Shown here: positions 21,000 to 31,569 of the stretch, one piece after another
Layout of the letters: each line of letters opens with the position of its first letter
Numbering within the stretch: position 1 is the stretch's first letter
Assembly: GCF_000195855.1 (NCBI RefSeq)
Contig: NC_002677.1
Span: 2,940,001-2,972,000 of the forward strand
From: Mycobacterium leprae TN
GTDB taxonomy: Bacteria; Actinomycetota; Actinomycetes; Mycobacteriales; Mycobacteriaceae
DNA: 32,000 bases
Direction: 5' to 3'
Translations under genes and position numbers: made by a program
The notes under the pieces: generated by a model
Told to the model about the DNA's origin: nothing
Seen by the model: the letters and a program-made list of their open reading frames with translations, nothing else
The model's database searches: none

Positions 21000-21665
21000 C
21001 TAGCCCAGTCCCAAATCGGCAAGGCCCAGCACGCTACGGTAGAGCAGTCCTTCAGCTTTGATGGCCTCGGCCGCGCCGGTACCGCGGTCCACCACGGTGG
21101 CCACGCCAACCACGTCGCCGCCCGCGTCTTGTACCGCGCGCACCGCTGTCAGTGCCGAAGCCCCGGTCGTACTCGTGTCCTCCACCACCAACACACGCTG
21201 ACCAGATACCTCAGATCCCTCGATAAGACGTTGTAAACCATGGGTTTTCGCGTACTTGCGTACCACGAACGCGTCGATCGGACGCCCAGGCGAGTGTATG
21301 ATAGCTATCGCTACAGGGTCGGCACCCAAGGTCAAGCCGCCGACCACCGTGTAGTTCCAGTCTTTTGTAAGTTCGCGCATCAGCCGGCCGATCAGCGCTG
21401 AGGCCCGGTGGTGCAAGGTGGCGCGGCGCAAATCGACATAGTGGTCGGCCTGTTTGCCCGACGACAGCGTGACGCACCCTTGCACTACCGACAGCCGGCG
21501 CACCAGATCAGCCAACTCCTTTCGGTCAAGTTCGGCCACAGCCGCCCCCACTCGTTTGTTTACGGCACGCAACAGACTCCACGGATCATTCTCCCCACAG
21601 TGACAATCGCCTGGCACTGCAGAACCAGAATGCTGAATAAACTTGCCGCCCATGATGTCGGCCAA
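21000..21665 (-). CDS. pyrE: Orotate phosphoribosyltransferase; likely start at GTG about 21554
   Basis: 'VTLSSGKQADHYVDLRRATLHHRA', 'VVGGLTLGADPVAIAI', 'RVLVVEDTSTTGASALTAV' (PRPP-binding loop). Confidence 0.93.
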   Translation of the reverse strand: MADIMGGKFIQHSGSAVPGDCHCGENDPWSLLRAVNKRVGAAVAELDRKELADLVRRLSVVQGCVTLSSGKQADHYVDLRRATLHHRASALIGRLMRELTKDWNYTVVGGLTLGADPVAIAIIHSPGRPIDAFVVRKYAKTHGLQRLIEGSEVSGQRVLVVEDTSTTGASALTAVRAVQDAGGDVVGVATVVDRGTGAAEAIKAEGLLYRSVLGLADLGLG

Positions 21666-21849
21666 GCTTTAAACTAACCACATCACGGATCCCGAGACAC
21701 ATGAACAACGATAGTTTGGCTATATCGGCTATATCGTATCCAGGGTCGGGCATGAAATTATATAATGAGTAAGTAATACCACATGTACACCTGCGTAGAT
21801 GCCTTTCAAACCGCCCGAGCAGATCTTCGCTGAAAGCAATCAGCCAGGG

Positions 21850-22210
21850 CTTAGACCTGAATAGGTCGATCACCCCGTTCAGTCAACAGGCCGGCAACGC
21901 CGGCGATATTGACGACAGTGTCGATACCAGAGTTGAGCAGGGCCTAATCCGTCGTCCAGAATTCGCCATACGTGTGGAAGCCGGCATAGTTCACCAATAC
22001 CCGGACGCTCGCGAGGAGCCGGTCGTAGACTTCGTTGCGGTCGGCGGAATCGGAAAAGTCCGCTGACCAAATCTCGGTACAGCCGGTCTTGTTCTGCAGT
22101 TCGTCCGCCAAGTGCGTTAACCGGCCGACATCGCGCGGGACTAGAAATCACGTCGTAGCCATCATGCGCGTAAACGGCACTGCACCCGGACGCGGGCCCA
22201 GTGATCAGGG
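21850..22210 (-). pseudogene. Short-chain dehydrogenase/reductase relic
   Basis: Minus-strand reading across frames: 'GYDVI' + 'RDVGRLTHLADELQNKTGCTEIWSADFSDSADRNEVYDRLLASVRVLVNYAGFHTYGEFWTTD*', matching SDR pattern RR...L..LA.EL...D..D......VLVNNAGF.T.G.F. Confidence 0.7.
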
Positions 22211-22274
22211 CGGAGCATGAGCGAGAGTGTACTGAGCGGGACCTATACTTCCCGGCCCACGCCCAGCGCGCTAG

Positions 22275-23135
22275 TCAGTATTGGTAGTTCGTGGTCTGAT
22301 GGCCGTTGCGTTCCACTGACGGTGGGCGCCGGATGCCGTCCCAGCGACCCTCGTCGCGGGAAATAGGTTCAGCGGAGCGACCAGCCTGAACACCCGAGCC
22401 TAGCAACCCGGCAACATCCGACTCAACGCCCCTGTCCGGCGGCAACTCCGCTCGGCCGACCGACGCCAACGGACGGCTCGGCGCCGCGTTGCGGGCCGAC
22501 GCTCCTGCTTCCTGAGAGGTATCGGCGGGCAGCGGCGGCAATACCCGCAGCAGGTCGTTGAATTGTCGCACGGTGCGCAAGCCCTCGTCCCACTGGACAC
22601 GAGTGCTGCCGATCGGCATGCTGACCAGCGTCCAGTTCTGCTCGTTCCACATCACCTCGGCGCAGTCAGGTGCCGTGTGCGCAAAGGTGACCATGCGCCG
22701 ATCACAGGCCCGCCTAGCCGCGTCCAGATTGGTGGAATACACCATCCTCGGCCCAATCGCACCCAGCAACCAGATGTCGCTCTCGCGTGGCTCTTTGAGA
22801 CCCTTGAGCCGCAAGTCGACCACGATGTTGGTGCCCACCTTGCGGTGCAGCGCGATCACCGTCGCAACTTCTTCGAGGTCAAAGATATATACCGCCTCAC
22901 CGCGGATCTGACCCAACACGACGTTGTGCGCGGAGATATCGCCCACCGTCGACATCACGCCGCGCTTCCACCGCTGGAGGATCTCGGTGGATTCGCGTTC
23001 GTAGTCGAATCCGTGCGATCGCGCCCACGACTTACGGCGTCTGCTGCGGCCGCGGCGTCGATCAATGTCGACATAAAGCAACACAACCGCACCGACGAAG
23101 CACAGAGCGGAAAGTGTGAACCAAAGTGGAACCAT
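22275..23135 (-). CDS. Conserved membrane-anchored protein, Rv0383c-like
   Basis: Intact 286-aa ORF with N-terminal TM 'MVPLWFTLSALCFVGAVVLLYVDI' between pyrE and clpB as in M. tuberculosis. Confidence 0.85.
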   Translation of the reverse strand: MVPLWFTLSALCFVGAVVLLYVDIDRRRGRSRRRKSWARSHGFDYERESTEILQRWKRGVMSTVGDISAHNVVLGQIRGEAVYIFDLEEVATVIALHRKVGTNIVVDLRLKGLKEPRESDIWLLGAIGPRMVYSTNLDAARRACDRRMVTFAHTAPDCAEVMWNEQNWTLVSMPIGSTRVQWDEGLRTVRQFNDLLRVLPPLPADTSQEAGASARNAAPSRPLASVGRAELPPDRGVESDVAGLLGSGVQAGRSAEPISRDEGRWDGIRRPPSVERNGHQTTNYQY

Positions 23136-23219
23136 CCCAGACAGAGTATCTGCTGTCAGCCCGAAACCGAGAATGCGATCAGATCACAACCCCGTCACAG
23201 GCCGACTCCCTAGAGCCGA

Positions 23220-25778
23220 TCAGCCCAGGATCAACGCCTCCCCGTCGGGTCTGACGTTGACCGGAAGGGTGTCCCCGTCATGCACCTCGCCGGCCAGCAG
23301 CATTTTAGCCAATTGATCGCCGATCGCTTGCTGTACCAGTCGACGCAATGGCCGGGCGCCGTATACAGGATCGAAGCCGTGCTGTGCCAACCAGCGCTTA
23401 GCCGGCAACGAAACCTCCAGTTGAAGCCGCCGCTGCGCGAGCCGCTTGCCAAGCTGCTCAAGCTGAATGTCGACAATCCGCACCAACTCTTCGGGGTTGA
23501 GCCCGTCGAAGATCAGTACGTCGTCGAGGCGGTTGATGAACTCCGGCTTGAACACCGAGCGCACCGCTGCCATTACCTGCTCCTCGCTGCCGCCCGACCC
23601 CAGGTTGGAGGTCAAGATGGGGATCGTGTTGCGAAAGTCGACCGTGCGGCCCTGCCCGTCAGTCAAACGGCCTTCGTCGAGCACCTGCAGTAGCACATCG
23701 AAGACATCCGAGTGGGCCTTTTCGACCTCGTCGAAAAGCACCACCGTGTAAGGCCGTCGGCGCACCGCCTCGGTCAGCTGACCACCCTGATCGTGGCCAA
23801 TGTAGCCGGGCGGTGCACCCACCAGACGGGCCACCGAATGCTTCTCACCGTACTCGCTCATGTCCACACGGACCATCGCGCGCTGGTCGTCAAACAGGAA
23901 ATCAGCCAGTGCTTTGGCCAGCTCGGTCTTGCCGACACCGGTCGGGCCAAGAAACAAAAACGAGCCGGTCGGCCGGTTAGGGTCGGCAACCCCGGCCCGC
24001 GAGCGTCGCACCGCGTCAGAGACCGCGTGCACTGCCTTCTTCTGCCCGACCACACGCTTGCCCAGTTCGTCCTCCATACGCAGCAGCTTGGCGGTCTCGC
24101 CCTCCAACAACCGGCCAGCCGGTATGCCGGTCCACGCTGACACCACGTTGGCGATATCGTCAGGACCGACCTCTTCCTTGAGCATCACGTCCTCGCGGGC
24201 CTGGGCCGTCGGCACCGCCGCTTCCAGCTTCTTTTCAACCTCGGGGATGCGCCCATACCGCAGCTCAGCGGCCTTGGCCAGGTCACCGTCACGCTCAGCA
24301 CGCTCGGATTCCCCGCGCAACGTCTCCAACTGTTCCTTAAGTTCTCGGACGACATCTATCGCGTTCTTTTCATTCTGCCACCTCGCGGTTAGCTCGGCGA
24401 GCCGCTCCTTCTGGTCAGCCAGTTCCGCACGCAACGTCTCCAAACGCTCCTTGGATGCTTCGTCTTCTTCGTTCACAAGAGCCATCTCTTCGATCTCGAA
24501 GCGACGCACCAGCCGCTCAACCTCGTCGATCTCGACAGGCCGCGAGTCGATCTCCATGCGTAACCGGCTAGCCGCTTCGTCGACCAGGTCGATGGCCTTG
24601 TCCGGCAGGAACCGGGCGGTGATATAACGGTCGGAGAGGGCTGCCGCAGCTACCAGAGCAGAGTCGGTGATGCGCACACCGTGGTGCACCTCGTAACGGT
24701 CCTTCAGCCCACGCAGGATGCCAACAGTGTCCTCCACCGACGGCTCGCCGACGAAGATCTGCTGGAAGCGCCGCTCCAGCGCTGCATCCTTCTCGATGTA
24801 CCTGCGGTACTCGTCAAGCGTGGTGGCGCCGACCAGGCGCAATTCGCCACGGGCCAGCATCGGCTTGATCATGTTGCCAGCATCCATCGCCGACTCACCA
24901 GTCGCACCGGCTCCGACGATAGTGTGCAACTCATCGATAAACGTGATGATCTGTCCAGCAGAGAATTTGATGTCGTCGAGCACGACCTTGAGTCGTTGTT
25001 CGAACTCGCCGCGATACTTGGCGCCAGCCACCATTGACCCGAGATCCAGCGCTACCAAGGTCTTGTCACGCAGGCTCTCCGGCACATCGCCGGCAACGAT
25101 GCGCTGAGCCAAGCCCTCCACGATCGCGGTCTTGCCGACACCAGGCTCGCCGATAAGCACCGGGTTGTTCTTGGTGCGACGGGACAGCACCTGCACAACA
25201 CGACGGATCTCGTTGTCGCGCCCGATAACTGGGTCAAGTTTGCCTTCGCCGGACTGGGCGGTCAGATCTGTGGAGTACTTCTCCAACGCTTGATAGGTGA
25301 ACTCGGGATCGGAGCTAGTGACTCGGGCACTGCCACGTATCTTGACGAACGCCTCCCGTAACACCTGCGGCGAGGCACCGTGCCCGGTAAGCAGCTTCGC
25401 GACATCGGAGTCGCCCATGGCTAACCCTAGCATCAGGTGCTCGGTCGACACGTACTCGTCGTCCATCTCGGTAGCGAGCTGCTGAGCGGTGGTGATGGCA
25501 GCCAACGACTCTCGCGACAACTGCGGCTGCGAGCTGCAGCCGCTGGCCTGGGGTAATCGCTCCAGGAGCCGCTGTGCCTCATTGCGAACGATGTCGGGCT
25601 CCACACCGACAGTCTCCAACAACGGTGCGGCGATTCCGTCGTTTTGCATGAGCATCGCCAATAGCAAATGCACAGGTCTGATCTCGGGATTACCTGCGGA
25701 CGACGCTGCCTGCAGCGCTGAAGTTAGAGCCACCTGCATTTTGGTGGTCGGGTTGAAAGAGTCCACGACGATCTCCAT
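23220..25778 (-). CDS. clpB: ATP-dependent disaggregase ClpB (alternative GTG start at 25766 gives MDSFNPTTK...)
   Basis: 852-aa intact ORF; two Walker A motifs '[13 protein letters not shown]' and '[13 protein letters not shown]', middle coiled-coil domain, 'GYIG' pore loop, C-terminal '[15 protein letters not shown]'. Confidence 0.99.
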   Translation of the reverse strand: MEIVVDSFNPTTKMQVALTSALQAASSAGNPEIRPVHLLLAMLMQNDGIAAPLLETVGVEPDIVRNEAQRLLERLPQASGCSSQPQLSRESLAAITTAQQLATEMDDEYVSTEHLMLGLAMGDSDVAKLLTGHGASPQVLREAFVKIRGSARVTSSDPEFTYQALEKYSTDLTAQSGEGKLDPVIGRDNEIRRVVQVLSRRTKNNPVLIGEPGVGKTAIVEGLAQRIVAGDVPESLRDKTLVALDLGSMVAGAKYRGEFEQRLKVVLDDIKFSAGQIITFIDELHTIVGAGATGESAMDAGNMIKPMLARGELRLVGATTLDEYRRYIEKDAALERRFQQIFVGEPSVEDTVGILRGLKDRYEVHHGVRITDSALVAAAALSDRYITARFLPDKAIDLVDEAASRLRMEIDSRPVEIDEVERLVRRFEIEEMALVNEEDEASKERLETLRAELADQKERLAELTARWQNEKNAIDVVRELKEQLETLRGESERAERDGDLAKAAELRYGRIPEVEKKLEAAVPTAQAREDVMLKEEVGPDDIANVVSAWTGIPAGRLLEGETAKLLRMEDELGKRVVGQKKAVHAVSDAVRRSRAGVADPNRPTGSFLFLGPTGVGKTELAKALADFLFDDQRAMVRVDMSEYGEKHSVARLVGAPPGYIGHDQGGQLTEAVRRRPYTVVLFDEVEKAHSDVFDVLLQVLDEGRLTDGQGRTVDFRNTIPILTSNLGSGGSEEQVMAAVRSVFKPEFINRLDDVLIFDGLNPEELVRIVDIQLEQLGKRLAQRRLQLEVSLPAKRWLAQHGFDPVYGARPLRRLVQQAIGDQLAKMLLAGEVHDGDTLPVNVRPDGEALILG

Positions 25779-25812
25779 TCAGGGTACGTCTAAAAAATGC
25801 TTGTAGGGTTGT

Positions 25813-25847
25813 TTAACGCCGTCAACATTAAGTCTGTTCCACTCAAT
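25813..25847 (-). promoter_or_regulatory. HAIR-like HspR operator overlapping an ECF (SigH/SigE-type) promoter-like sequence upstream of clpB
   Basis: Minus strand ATTGAGT-GGAACAG-ACTTAAT (25847-25827) matches the imperfect CTTGAGT-N7-ACTCAAG HAIR inverted repeat; the same strand contains GGAACA-N16-CGTTAA (25840-25813). Confidence 0.65.
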
Positions 25848-26222
25848 TTTATCTTTGGTGGTGACCCAGGTCTAGCGGGCGGTCTTAGGCCCCGTTTGCG
25901 ACCTCCCCAGCCGGTTGATTGCTAGAGCAAACCCACAGGTCGGGAAGGTCAGGCCTAGGTGACGGTCACCCCGGCCCGCGCGACAGAGACAGCAGCCACA
26001 TTCACTGTGCTGAATTCCAAGGTGCTATCTCAGGATGCAGCAACCCAGCCGCACCGGATTCGCCGGAGCGGACGACGTGTCGGATGAACACATTGAGTTG
26101 CGACACGGCAACGAATGCATACCTATCGGTACATCACTGATCGCAGAAACCTCACGGGCCACTATCGTCACATAACTAATCACGGACGTCGACGTGACGT
26201 CCTGCCCCCGGGAAGGTATGGC

Positions 26223-27698
26223 ATGTCGGCGTTTCGTCTAATCATTACGGTAGTCGCCGCGTCAGCAGTCGCTGCCGGACTCATAGTCGCAGTGGGCTTC
26301 GCGCCACCAGCTAGCACTATGCCTTGTAGCATGCCCGAAGCCAACGTCTTGCCGCCTGCGGTACCCCCAACGATGCCCGCACCAGCGCCGATCGTCCAAC
26401 TACCAACTGGGCGCCGGCCTTCCAACGCGAATGACCATGCTCCGATGCCCAAGCTGGGGCCGCTGATCGCTTCTTTGTTCAAACCTCCTGCGCCTAATAA
26501 TCACTATTCCACGCCACTACAACTTCAAGCGGAGCTAGTACCGCCCGGACCCAACCCCGCTGTCCCCGGACAGCCCCCGAACACGGTACGGCGTGTTCCG
26601 AATGCACTCCCAGTCCCGCCGACGGCACCCCGGCTGGAGCCGGGTCCACCGCCCACTGCCTCCATTGCGGGCGCACCGACCTCGCTCGTCGAGTGGGTGA
26701 CCGGACCCAACAGCCCAAACAAAACACTCCAACGTTTCGGCATCTCTGGAACCGACCTCGGGATCCCTTGGGACAACGGCGATCCCACCAACCATCAGGT
26801 CCTTATGGCCTTCGGTGACAGTTTTGGCTACTGTAGCGTAAAAGGCCAGCAACGACGATACAACATCTTGTTCCGCAGTTCAAACCAAGATCTGTCGCAC
26901 GGAATCCGGATTGCGGACGGCGTGCCTAACGACAAGTACTCCGGTTCACCGGTGTGGACAACTGGCCTCGCTAAGCAGGTCGTCAACACCATCCATCGAG
27001 CACCGCACGAGACGGGAATCATTCCGACAACCGCCATCTCCATCGGAAAAACTCAATACATGAACTACATGTCCATAAAGAAATGGGGCCGTGACGGCGA
27101 ATGGACGACAAACTACTCGGCAATCGCTAGGTCAATCGACAACGGCCAAAGTTGGGGGACCTACCCCGGCACTATCCGCACCGCCTCGCCGGACGCCATA
27201 CCTGGGACTCATTTTGTTCCAGGTAACCAGAATTTCCAAATGGGGGCGTTCATGCGGGGTAACGATGGCTACCTCTACTCGTTCGGGACCCCGTCCGGGC
27301 GCAGTGGTGCGGCGTATCTAGCTCGAGTGCCCCAAAACTTGGTGCCAGACCTCAGTAAATACCAATACTGGAACGGAAACTGGGTTCCCAACAATCCAGG
27401 GGCCGCTACGCCATTGTTCTCGGGTCCTGTGGGTGAAATGTCAGCACAGTACAACGACTATCTTAAGCAATATATCATTCTCTACAGCAACGGTGACAGC
27501 AACGACGTTGTGGCGCGAACAGCACCTGCTCCACAAGGACCGTGGAGTCCAGAGCAGCCTCTGGTGTCATCGTTTCAGATGCCTGGTGGTATCTACGCGC
27601 CGATGATCCATCCCTGGTCGTCAGGTCGAGACTTGTACTTCAATCTGTCACTGTGGTCGGCGTACGACGTCGTGTTGATGCACACCGTGTTGCCCTAA
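26223..27698 (+). CDS. Secreted/lipid-anchored-like proline-rich protein with DUF4185-like domain
   Basis: Intact ORF; start at ATG 26223 gives signal-like 'MSAFRLIITVVAASAVAAGLIVAVGFAPPAS', Pro-rich linker, then 'MAFGDSFGYC', 'RSIDNGQSWGTYPGT', 'NQNFQMGAFMRGNDGYLYSFGTPSGRSGAAYLARV', 'YNDYLKQYIILYS' typical of DUF4185. Confidence 0.8.
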   Translation: MSAFRLIITVVAASAVAAGLIVAVGFAPPASTMPCSMPEANVLPPAVPPTMPAPAPIVQLPTGRRPSNANDHAPMPKLGPLIASLFKPPAPNNHYSTPLQLQAELVPPGPNPAVPGQPPNTVRRVPNALPVPPTAPRLEPGPPPTASIAGAPTSLVEWVTGPNSPNKTLQRFGISGTDLGIPWDNGDPTNHQVLMAFGDSFGYCSVKGQQRRYNILFRSSNQDLSHGIRIADGVPNDKYSGSPVWTTGLAKQVVNTIHRAPHETGIIPTTAISIGKTQYMNYMSIKKWGRDGEWTTNYSAIARSIDNGQSWGTYPGTIRTASPDAIPGTHFVPGNQNFQMGAFMRGNDGYLYSFGTPSGRSGAAYLARVPQNLVPDLSKYQYWNGNWVPNNPGAATPLFSGPVGEMSAQYNDYLKQYIILYSNGDSNDVVARTAPAPQGPWSPEQPLVSSFQMPGGIYAPMIHPWSSGRDLYFNLSLWSAYDVVLMHTVLP

Positions 27699-27699
27699 T

Positions 27700-29160
27700 C
27701 TTTGCGTAAATTCGCTGTCGATCACCCTGGTGGTAAGCGTCTGATACGCACAGCAACCGCAGCCGAGGCCGTGTCGCCTGTCTTGCCAGTTGGCTTACTA
27801 AGGCACTATATCGTTCGGCACGATCACCAGTTATCGCTTCGACCCTCCGCTGGAGCGGCTTACGAACGGGCTAGAGACACACAATGCCGTATCGATAGCT
27901 GCTATCCTCGTGCTGATCGGACTAATGTTGTTGTACAAAGGGATTAACTCACTATATCTGACCGGCCTATGGCCGACGTAGAACCGAGGTCCGTGAACTT
28001 AGACACTGGGATGAATTACGCAGGTTGCGCGACATATTCACAGAGAAGGACCTGGACCCGGCAAACGAAGCCAACCAACTCGTCCGACAGTTCTATACTC
28101 ACTGGCTTGTCTCGACACCTCGATACGTGAGTTGTTCCCACCTGAAATAGACCTCCAGCGAGCAGCTTTCGCCGACGTGCCACAATGAGGGTACAGCAAG
28201 CTGGTAGCCCTACGAGCAAAAGAGCCGGTGGCCTTAGCTTACCCAACTTGGCCGCGATCACCGCATATAGTATGCAGCCAAGCCATTAACGAGACATTGT
28301 GTCGCAACTCTACACACCAGAATTACATATTACGCACTCATCTGGGCGAAAAACGGACCGATGCCGTCTGCGACATGGTTAGTCAGCCACGCCAATCTGA
28401 TCACCAGAATAACGAGCGGCGCCGGTGACGCCAACGAAGAACCCGCCTGGTGAGACACAACCGGTCACTGAACACATTGGGGTATAATGGGATCTCACAG
28501 ACGTTCAACTTCGACTAGACCACCAATGCACTATTACCCCGGCCAGAACGTCAACGTCCACATTCCGCCATGCCCGCGACGGTGACGATACCATCAGACC
28601 AGCCGTTCCTGCTGTGACAGACAACGCGATCGAGTCCTATGTCCGTGTGGTCCCCCAGCAAGTTTGGTCAGCACCGCCCTAGTCGGCGAAAACATTTCCG
28701 GCCGACCAAGTGGTGGTTTACCAGTCCGAACGGCGTAATGCGGGGCAATCCCGACAGCGGAGACGTGCTGATGGTTTCCGGCAGCACCGGTCCTGGCACC
28801 TACCGGATGTGTCCCGCGGCGAGTGGATCATCGGGACACCGCCGCTGCGACATCTAACTCTCGACTAGTCTGCGCCGATGACTTTGTGGTTGAGCCGACT
28901 GCCACGTCTACCGACGCGCCACATAGCCGGCCACTACCGATGTGCACGTCCGGGCGAGCTGCCTTATAGTGCAGTTCTCGATGCACGTGTTTATGGTGGA
29001 TCTATCCTAGTTGGCCCGCAACGCCGTAGGCACCTAAGAGCCCGCTAGTTTCCCGGGCACCTTATACTATCTTCACCAAATAGCAACCCACTGCTGCCCC
29101 CCATCGCGACATTAAAGTCCAAACTCGATGTTGACCACATCCGTGGCCACCACCACGAAT
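27700..29160. other. Degenerate region with only short frames, no identifiable gene
   Basis: No long ORF on either strand; several short coding-like fragments. Confidence 0.4.
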
Positions 29161-29297
29161 TCAGATGCAGCAATCAAGAATACCATTGGCCACTTACTAT
29201 TGTAACACGACACCATCGAGGATGGCAATTGGTTGGATGTTGTGCAAATCAAGCGGCATGAACCCGGTTTTGGACCAATCTAGAGAGATTTGGTCGC

Positions 29298-29696
29298 CTA
29301 GCGCGGCTTTCGCGGCTGCCAGAGGACCAGCGCCGTGCTCTTGGGCACCACCGCAAGATCGCGACGCTGGTTGGCGCGCAACATCACCAACTCATCAGTC
29401 AATTCCTGCAGCTTCAACTGCAACGCTTCAACCTGATTGGTCAGCTCGATGATGCGCTTAATGCCAGCGAGGTTAACCCCTTCATTTTGCGAGAGTCGCT
29501 GTACCTGGCGCAGCAGCTCGACGTCATGCTGCGAATAACGGCGCCCACCACCAGAAGCCCGACTCGGGCTGACCAGCCCGAGTCGATCATAGGTACGCAA
29601 GGTCTGCGCGTGCATACCGGCTAGCTCAGCAGCCGCCGAGATCAAAAACGTCCGGGATTCTTGTTGCCTGGGGTCTCTAGAGTTTCTAGTCATCAC
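29298..29696 (-). CDS. hspR: Heat-shock repressor HspR (MerR-family)
   Basis: 'FLISAAAELAGMHAQTLRTYDRLGLVSPSRASGGGRRYSQHDVELLRQVQRLSQNEGVNLAGIKRIIEL'; immediately downstream of dnaJ. Confidence 0.97.
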   Translation of the reverse strand: MMTRNSRDPRQQESRTFLISAAAELAGMHAQTLRTYDRLGLVSPSRASGGGRRYSQHDVELLRQVQRLSQNEGVNLAGIKRIIELTNQVEALQLKLQELTDELVMLRANQRRDLAVVPKSTALVLWQPRKPR

Positions 29697-29699
29697 CGA

Positions 29700-30866
29700 T
29701 TACCTGCCCCATCCCGCCCGAGGGTTGAAACCACTTGACCGCTCGGCGGCCGCATAGGCCTCCAGTGCCTTTTGCGCGGCACCTTCCAAGTTCAGCGGAA
29801 CTGCCACCTTGACTGTGACAAGCAAGTCGCCATGGCCACCACTGCGTTTGGGTACACCACGCCCTCGTACCCGCAGGATACGGCCATCTGAGGTACCTTT
29901 TGGCACCCGGACACCGACTGTTCCGTCCAGCGTGGGCACTGAAAGGGTTGAGCCCAAAGCTAATTCAGTGAAGCTAACCGGAATGGTCACGGTGAGGTCG
30001 TCGCCATTTCGACCAAAGATCTTGTCAGGCCGCACATGGACCGTCACATACAGATCACCCGACGGAGCGCCACGCAACCCCGCCTCGCCCTGCCCTGCCA
30101 GCCGAATCCGTTGTCCATCTTCGACACCGGACGGGATCCGCACATTGATGGTTCGGGTCCGGGTGGTAACCCCGGTGCCTTTGCACTCTTCGCAAGGGTG
30201 CTCGATGATCGACCCGCTACCCCGACATTCGGTACAAGGCTCAGAGAAACCAAAGGCACCCTGATTGCGGTTGATCACGCCGGAACCGTTGCAAGTGGAA
30301 CACACTTTCGGACTGATTCCCGGACGTGCCCCGCTGCCATGGCAATTGGTGCACGGCGCTGGGCTGGTCAGCCGCAGCGGCATCGCTACACCTTTGGCCG
30401 CTTCGACAAAATCCAAATCTGCCTCGGTCTCCAGGTCGTTGCCGCGTCGCGGCCTACTGGGGCGGACACTGGCGCCGCGTCCAAACAAGCCACCGAACAA
30501 GTCACCGATGTTGGTGCCCCCGGTTCGACTGGCAGCATCGAACAAATCGTTGAGGTTGAACTCAGCACCGTCGCCGCCCATTCCAAAGTCACCAAAACTA
30601 CTGTCGAACCGACGACCGCCTAACCAGCCGCCGGCAAACAGCCGGCGAGTTTCATCGTACTCTTTGCGCTTGACCGGATCCGACAACACATTGTGCGCCT
30701 CAGACACCACCTTAAACCGTTCACCAGCGGAGTTGTCGGGATTCGCGTCAGGATGCAGGTAGCGTGCCAACTTCCGATAGGCACGCTTAATCTCTTCGGG
30801 ACTGGCGTCAGAGGAAACGCCTAGCTCCTTGTAGAAGTCCTTTTCGACCCATTCACGCTGGGCCAT
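29700..30866 (-). CDS. dnaJ: Chaperone DnaJ
   Basis: J-domain 'DFYKELGVSSDASPEEIKRAYRKLARYLHPDANP', four CxxCxGxG-type repeats (CTNCHGSGARPG, CSTCNGSGV, CTECRGSGS, CEECKGTGV). Confidence 0.98.
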   Translation of the reverse strand: MAQREWVEKDFYKELGVSSDASPEEIKRAYRKLARYLHPDANPDNSAGERFKVVSEAHNVLSDPVKRKEYDETRRLFAGGWLGGRRFDSSFGDFGMGGDGAEFNLNDLFDAASRTGGTNIGDLFGGLFGRGASVRPSRPRRGNDLETEADLDFVEAAKGVAMPLRLTSPAPCTNCHGSGARPGISPKVCSTCNGSGVINRNQGAFGFSEPCTECRGSGSIIEHPCEECKGTGVTTRTRTINVRIPSGVEDGQRIRLAGQGEAGLRGAPSGDLYVTVHVRPDKIFGRNGDDLTVTIPVSFTELALGSTLSVPTLDGTVGVRVPKGTSDGRILRVRGRGVPKRSGGHGDLLVTVKVAVPLNLEGAAQKALEAYAAAERSSGFNPRAGWGR

Positions 30867-30879
30867 ATCGCGTCACCCC

Positions 30880-31569
30880 CTAATCACCGTCCTCCTTGTG
30901 CGGTGTCACGTTATCGCCCAGTTCACCTTGCTCGGTTTTGGCTGTGCTGTCGACAGGTGCGACTATGGCAACCGTTTCGGCACCATCGCCTGCGATCGTG
31001 TCAACCACCCCGACCAAGGCGTGCCGCAGCACTTGATCGCCCAATTTGTAGCCGTGCCGGAGGACGTCACCGATCACCGGCTTGGAGCCTTCCCCACCAT
31101 CGCCCTCATGCTGCACGGCTTCGTGCAGCACCGGGTCGAAGTCTTCTCCCTCGACGCCAAACGCCACCAGCCCGAGCCCGGTCAATGCGCTCATTAGCTT
31201 GTCGGCGACCGACTTCAGCGGACCCGAGTCCAGATCGCCGTGCTCGCGGGCACGATCGAAATCGTCAAGCACACCCAACAATTGGCTGATGACAGTGGCC
31301 TTGGCTCGATCCGAAGCCGTCTGCTGGTCGCGCAACGCTCGCTTACGGTAGTTGGCAAAATCGGCCTGCACCCGCTGCAGATCGCTAGTCAGCTCAGCAA
31401 CTTTGTCGACCATTGTGTCGGTACTGTTGGCACTTCGGTCGGTCATACCAGCCGGCTCGCTACCTCCCGGCGTGTCGCCGAGAGGTATAGATCGTACTTC
31501 GCCAGTATCGGGATCGATCCGTCGTTTGTCGGTGACCGTCACCTGTTCGTGTGGATTGCCTTCGGTCAC
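30880..31569 (-). CDS. grpE: Nucleotide exchange factor GrpE (GTG start)
   Basis: '[15 protein letters not shown]', '[13 protein letters not shown]', '[15 protein letters not shown]', '[21 protein letters not shown]'; between dnaK and dnaJ. Confidence 0.97.
   Translation of the reverse strand: MTEGNPHEQVTVTDKRRIDPDTGEVRSIPLGDTPGGSEPAGMTDRSANSTDTMVDKVAELTSDLQRVQADFANYRKRALRDQQTASDRAKATVISQLLGVLDDFDRAREHGDLDSGPLKSVADKLMSALTGLGLVAFGVEGEDFDPVLHEAVQHEGDGGEGSKPVIGDVLRHGYKLGDQVLRHALVGVVDTIAGDGAETVAIVAPVDSTAKTEQGELGDNVTPHKEDGD

Noticed and set aside
22423-22911. ORFs overlapping the Rv0383c-like gene on both strands
   Set aside because: Explained by the intact minus-strand gene 22275..23135.
23231-25806. 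Many ORFs antisense to clpB (e.g. 23858..24055, 23860..24627, 24718..25107, 25489..25806)
   Set aside because: They are mirror frames of a highly conserved high-GC CDS; composition is Ser/Arg-rich and typical of antisense artefacts.
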